From positions 101,432,001-101,496,000 of the forward strand of contig NC_043006.1 in NCBI RefSeq assembly GCF_006345805.1: a stretch of DNA of 64,000 bases, read 5' to 3'. Below the pieces are notes generated by a model. The model was given only the letters and a program-made list of their open reading frames with translations. It had not been told where the DNA came from and searched no databases. The DNA is from Octopus sinensis (Eukaryota). Numbering within the stretch: the first letter of the stretch is position 1; every line of letters starts with the position of its first letter. The position numbers and the translations under genes were made by a program. Of this stretch, positions 48,698 through 62,195 are shown one piece after another.

Positions 48698-50197
48698 CCT
48701 CATGATTTGATGAAGTAAGATGCAAGCCTTTCACATTATTAGTGTCAAGTTGAAGTGAGCATGTCACCTCCACATTTTAAGTTACCCCATCTGTTCTGTA
48801 GTTTTGATTTATCTCTTAAGCATTAATAAGAGATAATATGAAGGGATATTGAAGTACAATCAGAACTATAATTTAGAAGTAGTGACTAGTAAGTGTGTAT
48901 TGTTAGGGGGGCAATAATCTTGGCTCTGATTAATTACTCAATGTCTACTACCTTTTGAAATATCAGACTGCTGTGGCTTTTTGTATTTATGTGTGGAAGC
49001 AAAAATTGAATTTAGCTTTTTACTAACGAAACACGTGAAAGCAATAAAAATCAAAGAATAAAATCTTAATTAATCAACACCTGCTACAACTGGTCTTAAA
49101 ATGTTCTTTGTTAGTCAGTGTTAAAGCTTTAGTGAATTTTTAATTGCGTACAGTGTATTGTTATATTAAAAAAATGGTAACTTAACATTCTATAAATTGA
49201 AACATCATTTTGTTAGACAAATAAATTTACCCAAGTATTGAATTATTATTATTGAGATCAATGTCTTTTGATGATATTGAAGGAATATTTGTATAATGAT
49301 TTTTTCCCCCTTTTTTACTTTTTTTTGGGCTTCTTGATATTTTTAGTTTCTTGTGTTATCAAGGTATATATATATATTTATATTAAGTAGATGTCTGTAT
49401 ATTTAGCTGTGATAAGAACTTCTCATTTTCCTTCAGTTTCTTAACTAATTTCGATTTTGTCTGTCCTTATTCTTTCTTTTTTTTTTCTTCTCCTGAGACG
49501 ACTGACATTTGAAAGTAAATCATTACATACACTGTTGCTTTAGTTGGAATCTGTGCAAACAACGTAGTGGTTTGAAGAAATTTATGAATGCCTTTTTCAT
49601 GTGTGCCAGCACAAAAGTAACCAAAGCTAAACTAGATGCGTTAATAATGTTGCCAGCTTGTATAGACATGCATTGAGATTTATGAGATTATTTTGACTAT
49701 CGAGATTTCTTTATAAAACTTCTGAGATGATAATATGGCCTGTTTTTGAGACATTGTAATTTCTAAGTTAATAGATCTAAGCTATAAATTCACAAAATGT
49801 TCAAATTAATCACTGTCTGTTTCAGATAAGACTAAAGACTGTTTAAAATTGACTTTTTTTTCCTTTTCCTTTCTATCATTTTATTTCTTCTAAGAATAGT
49901 CAGAAATAGGCAAAACATATATGTGTGTATGGGTGTGTATATATAATGCATGCGCACATAGTCTTTATCTTGATTGACTGAAATAGTTGGCCAATTCTAC
50001 ATGTGTTCAAGATATCAGAAGAATACTAATTCTGATATAATTCTTATGTAACCACTGACAAATCACAAAAGTCTTGGATACAACCAAACTATTTATGTAG
50101 AATGTAAATATAATCAAATAAGAAAGGTAAGGTAACTTAAGACGATTTATTTCTTTTCCTTTTTCTTACTTGACTTTACTTCATTTTCTGTATTTAG

Positions 50198-50258
50198 ACT
50201 TGTGGAAGAAGAGAGAGATAGACCTATTTTTAGATTTAGTCAGTTGGCACCAGCTTAG
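50198..50258 (+). CDS. Candidate exon after a very strong acceptor (xLVEEERDRPIFRFSQLAPA* or xLWKKREIDLFLDL..)
   Basis: ttttcttacttgactttacttcattttctgtatttag acceptor; two open frames; 3' end uncertain. Confidence 0.25.
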
Positions 50259-51315
50259 TTTCGCTTCACAATTGGAGCTGAAAGTTTTATAATCTTTTTA
50301 GTAGTAGTTGAAATAAGTCAGTTTTGAATTTATTTTTAATTAAACTCCAGCAAACTTTGTACTAATTGATATTGAAGTCATTACATTCTTGTTTCCCATG
50401 TCTTATGGTTTCTAGTGGTTAATGCTTTTGCTTGGGTTACATAAGAGACCAGTCATCCTCATAATCAAACTCATATGGAAAGATACTGTTCCACTTTTGA
50501 CAACATTGACTTGGAATGGATTTTTTGTGTTTTTGCATTGAAGCGTATAGGACTTAGTTGTGGACTATTCTCCTAAAAATGGTTCTCAATCCGTGTGCTT
50601 CATTTCACCAAAGAACATTTTACAAATGCTCCTGCCCATTAGTTTGGACCTCCGCCCCCACCAAAAAAAAAGAAGCAAAAAAAAAAAAACCAAAGCATTA
50701 TTTTGATCAAACTGAAGCAAATTTCTCTTCATTGATAAAATTGTGTCCTGCTCATATTCTAATCTTGACAATGATTTGTGTTTAAAGATATAAATATTTT
50801 ACCTGGTTTAAATATTTTATTTTTTAGAAAATCATGGCCACCGCCTCTAAGCAGGCAACATGCCACTCCCAACCCTTGACATTTACTACATTCTTGTTAG
50901 CTAACAAATTCTGAAAAGGTGTCCTACTATACAGATTAAAAACTACTAATTTTGAATGATGAGTGTTCATCTGTTTGACAGAAAGCACTGGCTGTTAAAC
51001 TGGTAAATTGAGATATCATTGTCATAGTTATTGTAATTCCAATTTTCTGTGCTTACATAGGTTAGGCAGAATTCATTGAGAGTTATTTTCTGTGGACTTC
51101 CTCTCCTCAACTGTTTTCAAGCAAGGTAATGTTTACATAGAAGATTAGAAATGAAGGACACCGCTTGTATAATTGTGATGCTCATTTACAAGTATTGCAT
51201 GTTGTCAAGACATTGACACACACCTTCACAACACACACACATTTTATTTTTCACATGCACTCTCTCTCTCTCTCTCACACACACACCCACTCTTTCTCTT
51301 TCACCTACATACACA

Positions 51316-51351
<36 letters not shown>

Positions 51352-51384
51352 TACACTCTCTCTCTTACAAACACACACACACAC

Positions 51385-51546
51385 ATGATAGGCTTTTTTC
51401 AGTTTCCATCTACCGTATCTGTACACAAGATATTAGTCAACTTGGGGCTGTAATAGAAAACACTTGCCCAGATACCACACTGTAGGGCTGAGCTTAAACC
51501 CATGTGATTTGGAAGCAAATTTCTTACCACACAGCCACACCTGTGT
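51385..51546 (-). mobile_element. Family A SINE, 5' part (degenerate)
   Basis: ggcttttttcagtttccatctacc..cacttgccca..ttaccacacagccacacctg. Confidence 0.7.
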
Positions 51547-51674
51547 CTAAGATTAACGAGTAGAAACACTGGTCTGTTGCTTTGGGCCCACACAGGTCTT
51601 GGGACCCACTGCTAATCTATGTATGTTGTTGCTGTCAATCAATAAATACTATAGAGCACAATGCATGACTTTAC

Positions 51675-51702
51675 CTGGAGCAAAGCAATGCTCTTGAGAT
51701 AC
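51675..51702 (-). CDS. Candidate 28-nt exon
   Basis: gcttatacctacag acceptor; CAG/gtaaag donor; all three frames open. Confidence 0.2.
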
Positions 51703-52865
51703 CTGTAGGTATAAGCATATTTCTGTGGATGTTCAGAGTATCATAATGCCCCAAAGAAATCTAGTAACTTATATAGGAATATAAGTTTCTAATTAATACG
51801 TGATTCAAGATTTAAAAATTCAATTTTCATACTTATTTTTTACAGAACACATTCAGTTTGAAAATAGAGGACAACCTGTGTGTGTGTGTGTGTGTCATTG
51901 ACAGGGAGAGTTGACTGTTATGTCACTACTGGACATCTGCCACTTAGGAGCCTTGGGCAGGATGAAATCATGAGGTAGCAGTTCCAGCAGCTGTAGTAGA
52001 CAATTCTTGTTTGTCAACCATCTAAATACAAGTGCTTTTATACACCATGATTCCATATAAAAGGTTCTCTTGGGTTAAATTACACGTTAAATAGGACATA
52101 ACGATTACCTTTTGGTATTAATAATGATTCTGCCTATGTCAGTTATTTATATATATTTCATAACATGTTGAATATGTTACAAGTCTGTTGTAGCTATTTA
52201 CCTCTGTGGACTGTTGGATTTCATTTTTCTTTATTTTTATTCCTTAAATGTTGAGTAAGATTTCATTCTAGTGATTGAAATTAAAATTGTAGACTATTCT
52301 ATCTGCTAATGATATTCATGACAATTTATGCCTGAAGCAAAAGGAAAAATAGAATACATTTCACAGTGTATTAACTAAGTTGCTAGAGTGCATCAGCACA
52401 GACATATCTGTGTGATACACCATTTAGGCTATTCATGTTATTCTATCCAATATTCTTCAACTATCTAGACCCTCCCCTATCCACAGAATTCACTGATGGC
52501 CTTATAGTTTTGGAATTAATAAAGGTATCTGGTATCATAGTAGACATTTCAAGTACCCTTTGTAAATTAGAACTTGTTAGAGTGACCTGTTATGAATTCT
52601 TAAATTCTGCATGACCTATTGTAATCACATTATATCAACTTAGAACTGGATGTTTTCATAACACTGGTTAGGTCTGGGGAATTCTTTACAGGTTGAATGC
52701 TTAAGACTATGATGGAAGGGCTAATATGTATATCTTATACTTTACATACCTGTAATTAATATCTCTGCATGATTTTTTTTCTTTAGTGGTCACATTTACG
52801 CAAGAAATTATTACACTAATGGAGATGGAGAAATGTGAGAGAAAGGACTTAGTATTAACCTTAGA

Positions 52866-52904
<39 letters not shown>

Positions 52905-52944
52905 CATGTGTGTGTAATCACAAAATGTAACCACATGTGAATTG

Positions 52945-53100
52945 TTGGTGATTTTCTTGCTCTGTCTTCTTTTCTATTGGACTTTCCTCTGTTTCCGAAG
53001 AAGGGCATTGCTCGAAATGTTAAACCATCTTTTTTCCCTTCCCTGAGCATCTGCTAATACTTTACATGTACCACGTTCTTGCGTTGTGTTTGTTGTTCTT
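52945..53100 (+). mobile_element. PLE-type terminal repeat fragment
   Basis: Homologous to 40430-40600 in opposite orientation. Confidence 0.75.
52991..53025 (+). ncRNA. Degenerate minimal hammerhead motif
   Basis: GTTT-CCGAAGA-A-GGGC(ATT)GCTC-GAAA-TGTT-AAAC; U4 changed to C; stem II retained through a G-U pair. Confidence 0.6.
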
Positions 53101-53332
53101 CTTTTGGGGGATTTACTATATATGTGTGTGTGTGTATGTTTGTGTGTATATGTATGTATACTTATGTGAATACATACTTCTTTACTTGTAGCTTCCCTTA
53201 CACTTGCATTCCTGTATGTGTATGTATGAGTGTATGCACGTTTTTGTGTGTGTGTGTATGTGTATGTTGTGTATGTATGTGTATGTCTATGACTGTATAT
53301 CCTTATGTGTCAAGTGTATACGTTTTTTTTTA

Positions 53333-53398
53333 TACTCTTTACTCTTTTACTTGTTTCAGTCATTTGACTGCGGCCATGCTGGAGCACCGCCTTTAGTC
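53333..53398 (-). mobile_element. Family A SINE, 3' tail only
   Basis: tactcttttactcttttacttgtttcagtcatttgactgcggccatgctggagcaccgcctttagtc. Confidence 0.85.
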
Positions 53399-54041
53399 AC
53401 TTGAAAATTTATAATAATTTTCTCCTTCATATATTTGTTTTTGTTCCTACTTTTTTTCTGATTGTCTCCCCGACCCTGGGCTAGGTTTTGAGTAAGGTAC
53501 CTCTCTCGAATACACCAGCCGGTCTTGTCTGTGATCGATGTTTTTCCCTTGTTCAGTCCTCTTTGGTCTTTTCTCTCCTTGTATGTACATTTTTACTTGA
53601 ATATTGTAACTTTTCCAAACACAGTCTTGCCTATCACTTTTAGCCCTGTGTTATGTATACATATTTTCATTTTTCAATTTTAATATATATAACTCTATGG
53701 TTTTTTTCTACTAGTGCACCTGTTACATTACACATGGCCCTGTTTGCATTATATTTCGTCTTGACCTGTTACCATTTTTTAAAAATATATCCATTAGATT
53801 TTTATTTGCATTTTTATGTTATAGTTTACTGCATATATAGACGTGCATACACATTGATATTTCTGTCTTTTTTTCTCTTTCGTCTCTCTCACTATTATTA
53901 TTACAGTTATTTTTACCTTTTTAAAACTTGCTTGTAAATATCTGATTTTTCTCTCTTACCCCTTTTGTATTCTCCCTTATTGTATCTTATTTTAATTTAT
54001 TTTACTTTATTAAACCTTTTTTGATGTCCTTCCAAAAATTC

Positions 54042-54147
54042 TTCACACTGATGAGAATGACAATGCATAAATTTAATTATAATTACTATGATTATAATTT
54101 TTTCTTACATATTTGTATTGTCCTTTGAAACGTGCAAATGTATTGAA
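54042..54147 (+). ncRNA. Hammerhead-like motif with a long branched stem II
   Basis: CTGATGA (54048-54054) G..long stem..T GAAA (54127-54130), stem III ACGT-GCAA-ATGT, GUA triplet; stem I imperfect. Confidence 0.5.
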
Positions 54148-54439
54148 TTCTATTTCGTATTAAATCTAATTTTGATGCGTCTTTTTCTCTTCCATTTTTC
54201 TATAATTGTTTATAGTATATTTATACCTATAACGATATTTTTCAACTACTATTTTCATATTCTTACTACTTGCTCTGGCTGTTTTTTTTATGAATATCCT
54301 TAAATCCTTTAAAATGTTTTAGCCCAAAGGCTGCGGCCATGCAGGGGCATTCTTTCTCTATTTTTGGACCTCTCAAAAAGTTTGAATTGTTGTTTTTGAA
54401 CTTATTTTTTCCTATATATATATGGCATTTTGTTAGCAA

Positions 54440-54846
54440 TTTTTCTGTGTGTTAAGAAGCTTGCTTCCCAGCCCCTTGGTTCTGGTTAAGTCCCACTGTA
54501 TTTGCACCTTGGAATGTTTTTTTTTCATAGAAGCTGATAGGAATCTTTTGCTATAGCCCTGGACCAACTAAAATCTCGTGAGTGGATTTAGTTGATGGAA
54601 ACTAAAAGAAACATGTTGTATATGTGTGTGTCTTTGTGTATGGGTTCATTCACTACCACTGCTTGACAACTAGTATTGGTTTGTTTAAGCCCCCATAAGT
54701 TAGTGGTTCTGCAAAAGAGACTGATAGAATAAGTACCGGGCTTAAAGAAAAAAAGCATACTGGGATCGATTTGTTCGATAAAACCCTTCAAAGTGGTGCT
54801 CCAGCATGGTCACAGACCAATGTCTGAAACAAATAAAAGATAAAAG
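54440..54846 (+). mobile_element. Family A-related SINE (degenerate)
   Basis: aagaagcttgcttccc..gagtggatttag..gatagaataagtaccgggctt..ggtgctccagcatgg..aaaagataaaagat. Confidence 0.8.
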
Positions 54847-57098
54847 ATATGTTGTCCATACAATAATAACTGGTTGGAGGATTTAATATTTCTGTTTTGA
54901 TTTCAAGTACAACTTGCTCTATCTGAAATCTGTTTTTATATTAAATTTTCACTTTTGTAGAATTTTTGTTTAGTAGTCATTGTGATCTTGTCTGTCTGAA
55001 GTTATGTAAACATTGTACATCCCCTTCTCAGTTCTTGGAAAAACATTTCCTGTCACTTGTCATTTTTACCAATAGATGCCGTTTAGGTGTTTGCAATAGT
55101 CTTGAGAACAATTCCTTCAACACAATTACTATGACAGAATTTCAACCAAAATAACATGACTGTCTTTGCTCTGCAGTGTAGTTTGCAAATCTTTGTTATT
55201 AAGAACATTTTCCTACCATGTATAGCTGTAAATTTTATAAAATTAAGCAGGTGAGATGCTGGCAATACATGAGAAATAAAATTGAAGTTGTAGTATTGAT
55301 TGCTTCTAGTAAGTCACAAACTTATGTGAAGGTGAAATATATCCTAAACTGAAATTGCATAACCTATCTTAATAGCTAGTTGCCAAATCTAAAGAATTTT
55401 TTTTGCGGATAGTATGGAAACTTAGAAATTTCTAAAGTACATTTGATATACAAATTTGCTTTTCTTTTATATCTAGATGAAAATAAATTGATAACTTTGA
55501 GGAATAGTGCATGCACATGTAAGTTGTGGTGGAGAAATTGAATCTATCAAATTTATTATTTCTTTGGACATTGTCAAAACTCCTTGATTCTGCAATCTAG
55601 CTTTAGGGAATTCAATTACATTCTTAGATCTTGTTATGTGGTGCAATAGAAGGGGAAAATTTCATTTCTGAAATTTGATGGAGGAAAATCTTGTTTAAAA
55701 AATAGATGAATACTAAAGTTATAAGAAATAATACTATTGAGTTATGAGCTTGCAATGATTGAAAACCATTTTGAGGACTTCCATTCATTGTTGATAACTA
55801 TAGATTCCTGTCTTTTCTTTAAAGGCAGGGTAAGCACATTCTTTATCAGAAATGATTTATCTAGGAGGGTTGGATTCCTATAGGAGAGAGAGAGTGAGTT
55901 AAATAGCTATAATTCTTTGAATGTGAATGGGATAAAGATATATTTTCTTAGAAACATACCAAAAAGTTACGCCACAATGAGATAAAATAAATTTATAAGT
56001 TGATTACACTCTCAGAAGATTACTGAATACAAATCGCCAAAAAAGAAAAAAAAAATTCCTGGAGAAATTGTTCTAAGAATACACATTTCTATTAAGAGAG
56101 AACATTTAGAATAGCAGCATAATGAAGTAACTATACTTTTAGTGAACTGTTGAAAATGAAGTCTAAAACCATTTTGCTTTTTAAGATTAGGGCCAGAGAG
56201 GAGGTGGGTAGGGGAGTACAAATTAGTTTTGAATACAGAAAATTGCTTATTAACTTAGAAAACTTACTTAACTTAGGTTTTGGTTAATATTGGCCCTGAT
56301 TATGTCACTGTATGTATAATGTAGTATTCACAATAACATTGGATAGAAGCCTGAGTGTTTTGGAATTATACCAGTAATCAGAATATCTCATGGCATTTAT
56401 TTCTTTTTTTTTATAAATGCTCTCTGATGGTCCCTAATTCTCATATTTCATTTTACAGTATGGGGAAATCAAAGCAAGAAACATCATTCAAGATAGAGAT
56501 GTGCAAAAATAGAGTAAGGGAGTATAATAGAATAAATCTCTTGTCCAGAAAGTTCTGAGGATCCAAATACTTATTCAGAATGCTATATAGACATTGTTGT
56601 TGATGTGGGTTTCTTGTTGGTTCTGTTGGGTTTTGCTTACCAAAAAACAAACCAGTTCTGTAGATTTACTTAGATTTCAATGCTGGATAGTCTTTTGTTT
56701 TTTCCACAGAATGATGCGGCCAACTTTGTTGATGGCTTTACTGGAGTGAAAGTAGAATATAACTCTGAAATTTGTTTATATCTAATTTAAATAACAAAAG
56801 CTTTCGAAGCTTTCACTGCTAAAATTGGTGAGATGGATTTTGAAAAGGTGGATCTTTGTAAGATGGTAGAAGAAATTGGTTGATAAAATAAGTATCAGTA
56901 ATACAAAGTGCTCAGCTCGTTTAAATTCTATCCCGATGCAATTAGACTTGTGATTAGTACCTAGCTTATTACTTGGAAAGGTGAAGATAATTTTATACTG
57001 ATAGTAATGGAAGTCTGAAACATGAAGCCTCAAATATAGTGATGCAGTGTTTAAAATTTGGTCTTCTATTGTCAATAACCTTTCTATTATTCTTAGCT

Positions 57099-57099
<1 letters not shown>

Positions 57100-57140
<41 letters not shown>

Positions 57141-57775
57141 TGTAATAATGATCCTTTTGACTATAGACACAAGGCCTGAAATTTTGTGGGAAGGGACTAG
57201 TCGATTACATTGACCCCAGTGTTTTACTGGTACTTAATTTATCAACCCCAAAAGGATAAAAGGCAAAGTTGACCTTGGCAGAATTTGAACTCAGAACATA
57301 AAGACGAATGAAATATTGCTAAGCATTTTGCCTGGCATGCTAATGATTCTGCTAGCTCACCACCTTAATAATAATGATAATGTTTCTAAATGGAATAAGG
57401 CCACAAATTTTAGGAAAGGAGTCTAGTTGATTATACTGAGTCCATTACTTGAATACTATTTTATTGTCACAGGAAGGATGGAACGTAAAGTTGACCCCAG
57501 CAAGATTTGAGCTCAGAACATAAAGAAATGGGACAAATACTGAAAAATATTTTGTCTATTCCCTAATAACTCTGTTAATCCATCTGTATTAATATTAATA
57601 TTTTCTAGTATAGCACAAGAGCACACATTTGGAAGAAGAGAGGAACTTAATTTATTAATCCCTGGATAGATAAAAGATAGGATTTGAACTTAGAATGTTA
57701 AGTGATACTAAATTCAGCAAAGCATTTTTTTTCTTTTTCATTGGTTTCCTGTTTCTGCCAGTTCATCAAGTAATA
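57100..57775 (-). mobile_element. Three head-to-tail family B SINE copies with a (TAA)n tail
   Basis: The core ..aaagttgacc..gatttga(a/g)ctcagaac recurs at about 57270 and 57490, with a looser third copy at about 57680; divergence increases rightwards. Confidence 0.7.
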
Positions 57776-57792
57776 ATTTAATGATTTCATAC

Positions 57793-57831
57793 CTTGAAAT
57801 GCATAATTGATTTAATTTCCGTTTTTTGCCT
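57793..57831 (-). CDS. Candidate 39-nt exon (RQKTEIKSIMHFK or xGKKRKLNQLCIS)
   Basis: Acceptor caatttttttttccccctag; donor AAG/gtatga; length divisible by 3. Confidence 0.4.
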
Positions 57832-59080
57832 CTAGGGGGAAAAAAAAAATTGGGTAATTGAGAAATGTCCCAAACCCATGTTCTGCCATGATTTTATGTT
57901 TGTTCCTATTGTTGTAGTAAACTTTTAGTTAAGGCTTTCGGATGTATTTTTCATTATCATTCATAATAGAAGAATGGATAGAAGGCATTTTGTTTCTCCA
58001 TAATGAGTCTTTCTTTACAAAAACATAGTTTTCTTAGATATAATTAAATCTCAAAAAATTAACATAATTTCAATAATATTGTGTTTTTTTTCCCCCACTT
58101 AGGTTTTCAATATGATTGTAGAATTCATTATTTAGATGAAATTGCTCATAATTACAAAACACAGAGGTGGTTATACATGTTGTTCACAACTTTTCATTTT
58201 GATGCCTTCTCGACAAATGTGAAAAGCAACTTTAAATTCATTGCACTGGCCAATTTATGCATGTTGTGTGTGTGTGCAGATTGGTGAAGATTTGTGCAAA
58301 GAAAGTACTCAATACATAAATAAGAGCATGTATGTATGTGTATATATGTCCTGGTTATGACATTCAGTTGCACCTGCTGATGAGGCTTCAGTTTAAGAGT
58401 TCTAGGGAGCATGAAATGGTCCTCTGATTACTCCTAGGTCTCTTCTGGCCTGGCATAGTCCTATCTGTGAGTTAAATAGATTTTCCAGGGGTAGAGGAGG
58501 CTCCTGTTATTTTTGACAAAGCCATAGGGAAGGTTGCTCTACTAGGAGCAAGATACTCTGACATAAAACTTGCAGTCAAAATAGTACCAGTCATCTTGCA
58601 ATGCTTGTCACTAGGACCAACTATGGTGACCAAGAGCATGGCAAAAGTGTTGTACAAGCTTTTATCACTTAAATCCAATGATGTACAGATATCTCAATAT
58701 CATTTTATTTCTTGATCTCTTTTGCATTTTATTGAGCACTATGATGATGGCTGCATGGCAGTCATATTCAATGTCATATTCAAGTATATGCAGGGATAAA
58801 AGCGAATCAAGACAATCAGGCTGAATGTGAGATAATTATCTTCTGACAAGATGAGGCAGTGATTGTGTGTGTGTATGTATACACGCACACATAATTTACA
58901 ATGTGCTTCTCTTTCGGATTTATGATTTACTAATGATATATCATCAGTAAATCATAAATCTAGAAGAGAAGTACACTCTAAGTTATAGAGCAGTAGAATA
59001 ATTAGATATAACTATGGCCGGTCTGTGGAGTAATCCCATAGATCGGCCATTATATCCATACATACAGACATACATATATA

Positions 59081-59135
59081 TCATCATCATCATCATCGTT
59101 TAACGTCCATTTTCCATGCTAGCATGGGTTGGACG

Positions 59136-59136
<1 letters not shown>
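59081..59136 (-). mobile_element. Family C very short 3' stub
   Basis: (cat)5 cgtttaacgtccattttccatgctagcatgggttggacggg. Confidence 0.8.
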
Positions 59137-59177
<41 letters not shown>

Positions 59178-59178
59178 T

Positions 59179-59540
59179 TACTCTTTTACTTGTTTCAGTC
59201 GTTTGACTGCGGCCATGCTGGAGCACTGCCTTTAGTACTTATTCTATCGGTCTCTTTTTGCCGAACTGCTAAGTGTCGGGGACGTGAACACACCAGCATC
59301 GGTTGTCAAGCAATGCTAGGGGGACAAACACAGACACACAAGCACACACACACACATATATATATATACATATATATGACAGGCTTCTTTCAGTTTCCGT
59401 CTACCAAATCCACTCACAAGGCATTGGTTGGCCTGGGGCTATAGCAGAAGACACTTGCCCAAGATGCCACGCAGTGGGACTGAACCCGGAACTATGTGGT
59501 TGGTAAGCAAGCTACTTACCACACAGCCACTCCTGCGCCT
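59179..59540 (-). mobile_element. Family A SINE with an internal deletion
   Basis: Head and tail intact; lacks the cgagcaa..gtaagccc segment. Confidence 0.9.
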
Positions 59541-60269
59541 ATGGTAATATTTTATATTTTTTAAATTGTGCTACAGTAGTTTCTCATTCTTCTGACTAAC
59601 CAATAATTCCTATTAGCTTAATTCTTTTGGTGTTGGCAGATGTTCAGAGAATATCAGGCTAATAACACCACTTAATAAAAACTTTTACCAAAATCTTTCT
59701 GCCTAGTGTGTGACATGTGCATGAATATTTTACATAAATATTCATCATCATCATCATCATTATCATATGACATGAATAACCAATTGATGATGTATCACAT
59801 TATTCTAGCTTGCTAATATATTTAATTAGATGATTACTCTTATAAATTTGCTTTTAATGTTAATCGCACCATCAACACTTTTCTGACGAGATATTTTATA
59901 GGACAATAATATAGGAAATTGATAAGAATTCTTTATTCTTAATTAATTTTTCATCACTATTAATAATGATACTTATGACTTTTGTTGTTTTTATGACTTG
60001 GAGCCTGGACCTAGAAGACATATAAGGTGCATTCCAGAAATTTTGTGACTATTTTAGGAGAGGCAGTTATAACTCTCCTAGATTATTTTAAGTTAACCAT
60101 ATGATTACTGTACATCTAATAAGCTGACCTGCCAACTTTTGTTACTCCAGGTTGAGGGAAACAGCTGTAACAGTACTTTCAACATGCCTGATTAAAAACA
60201 TTGCTTGCCACAACTGACAAGTTTGCAGAACACAGTTGGGATGTGAAGACAATTTGGAAGTTCGCTATA

Positions 60270-60662
60270 TACTCTCTTTTTTACTCTTTTACTTGTGCTG
60301 GAGCACCGCCTTTAATCGAGCAACTCGACCCCCGGGACTTATTCTTTTGTAAGCCCAGTACTTATCCTATCGGTCTCTTTTGCCGAACCGCTAAGTAACG
60401 GGGACATAAACACACCAGCATCAGTTGTCAAGCAATGCTAGGGGGACACACACAGACACACAAACACACACATGCATATATATATATATACATATATACG
60501 ACAGGCTTCTTTCAGTTTCCGTCTACCAAATCCACTCACAAGGCTTTGGTTGGCCCGAGGCTATAGTAGAAGACACTTGCCCAAGGTGCCACGCAGTGGT
60601 ACTGAACCTGAAGCCATGTGGTTGGTAAACAAGCTACTTACCACACAGCCACTCCTGCGCCT
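60270..60662 (-). mobile_element. Family A SINE, near full length
   Basis: Head cctgcgcct; small deletion next to the tail. Confidence 0.9.
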
Positions 60663-60689
60663 ATATAAGAAAATTTTGTGTTAAACTGA

Positions 60690-61151
60690 GCGAAATGTTA
60701 CCAAACTGCTTATGGATCAGCAGGTATGAGCTGAGCTTCTGTTTTCTTGCTAGCTCTAGAGGCCAGATAAAGCAAGTCCACTCGGAAGCTCATGATGATC
60801 CCATTTTCAACAACATTGAAGGAGTTCAAGTAGAAGTTTCTTCACGAAGGACCAGAGCACCGGCACCAGTTAACAATTCCATCCTGGTAACCAGCTCCTT
60901 GACAGAGATGAGTATTAGAACTGTCCTTGACTGTCTCTACAGTCCAGACCTTGCTCGCTGTGACCTTTAATTGTTCCCCTAACAGAAAGGGGATGAGGAG
61001 GCTGTGAGGATTTTGATGGGACCTTCATGAAGTGGTACTACAAGTGCATTGAAGTCAGAGAATGTTATTTTAAAGGTGATTTGTCTTGCACTTCTTTGAA
61101 ATTAAAAAAATATTCTCCTGAAAAGAATCATAAAACATCTGGAATATACCT
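60690..61151 (+). mobile_element. Mariner transposase 3' remnant
   Basis: ..PVNNSILVTSSLTEMSIRTV..YSPDLARCDL (YSPDLAP.D motif) and KWYYKCIEVRECYFKGD. Confidence 0.85.
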
Positions 61152-61791
61152 TATAAATGAAATAGTTTGCATCAGAAATTAAGACCGAACTCCATGCTAA
61201 CCATGCCTACCACAACTTATAACAAGATATTTTAGACCTGACCACACTAAACCACTGCATCATATCAAAGTATGCTGTCTTGACTTTAGACAAGCATGTA
61301 TTAGCAATGGAACTTGTAGGTTGCTCTCAATCAATCATTTGGGTATTTTTGTGTTTTGGATTTGCATTCAGTAGATGGCTCACAGCAGCCATCGCTACAA
61401 GAAGATCTCTTAAATTAGAAAAAGGTCATGAGTTTATAAAAGATGGGACAGTTCAATAATGGATGCAGGTACATAACTGATTTTTATTCTATCAACTGGG
61501 AAGTGGAGTATGATGGTTTAAAATCAAAATCTAGAAAGATGAAATTACATACAATAAAGTGGTTTATTTTGTCTGCCATTCTAATGTGTTGGCAATTATA
61601 ATAATGATTTGTATGTTGGCACAAAGCATTAACTTTTATCCTCCTCTTTGAGAGAAATTTGTAAACTTCTCATACTTTCCAAGTCCATTAGTGACATAAG
61701 CTAAGGGTCTATTTGAAAATCTTTAACTGTTTATTTTGATATGTTAATGGTTGATGCAAATGGTGTGAAATGGTATTTCTGTTTGCATTAG

Positions 61792-61842
61792 TGCCTATAT
61801 ACAAACTTCAGAAGACTCGGCCGATATTGATTTTTATCAATG
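61792..61842 (+). CDS. Candidate 51-nt exon (xPIYKLQKTRPILIFIN or xAYIQTSEDSADIDFYQ)
   Basis: tttctgtttgcattag acceptor; ATG/gtattg donor; length divisible by 3. Confidence 0.3.
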
Positions 61843-62195
61843 GTATTGGAGGGATTTCCATAGTGCAATGTTGTGTTACTGTTTTCTCCAATACACATAT
61901 ACATGGAGAAAATGAACACTAAGGGGGAGAAAAGGATGGTTGTGGGCATCAGTGCTGCTTATTGTAGCTACCTACAATTATACTTATATTTGACAAGAAT
62001 ATTAATACTTTAGAGTTATGATTGAAATATGAACTAGTTTATGTTTGCGTTATTGGTGGGGAGAGTAAAAGTATTTATAATGTAAATAATGTTTACTGGA
62101 GTGATAACAGCAGAAATATATTTTACTGACATTTGAACACAGAAACATGAGACATTATAATAAGAATTGGCTTGTTATATCATATCTCTTGTTAG

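Noticed and set aside
58370-58430. CTGATGA..GAAA hammerhead-like string
   Set aside because: Stem I does not pair and stem II needs a bulge; probably chance within a decayed LINE-like region.
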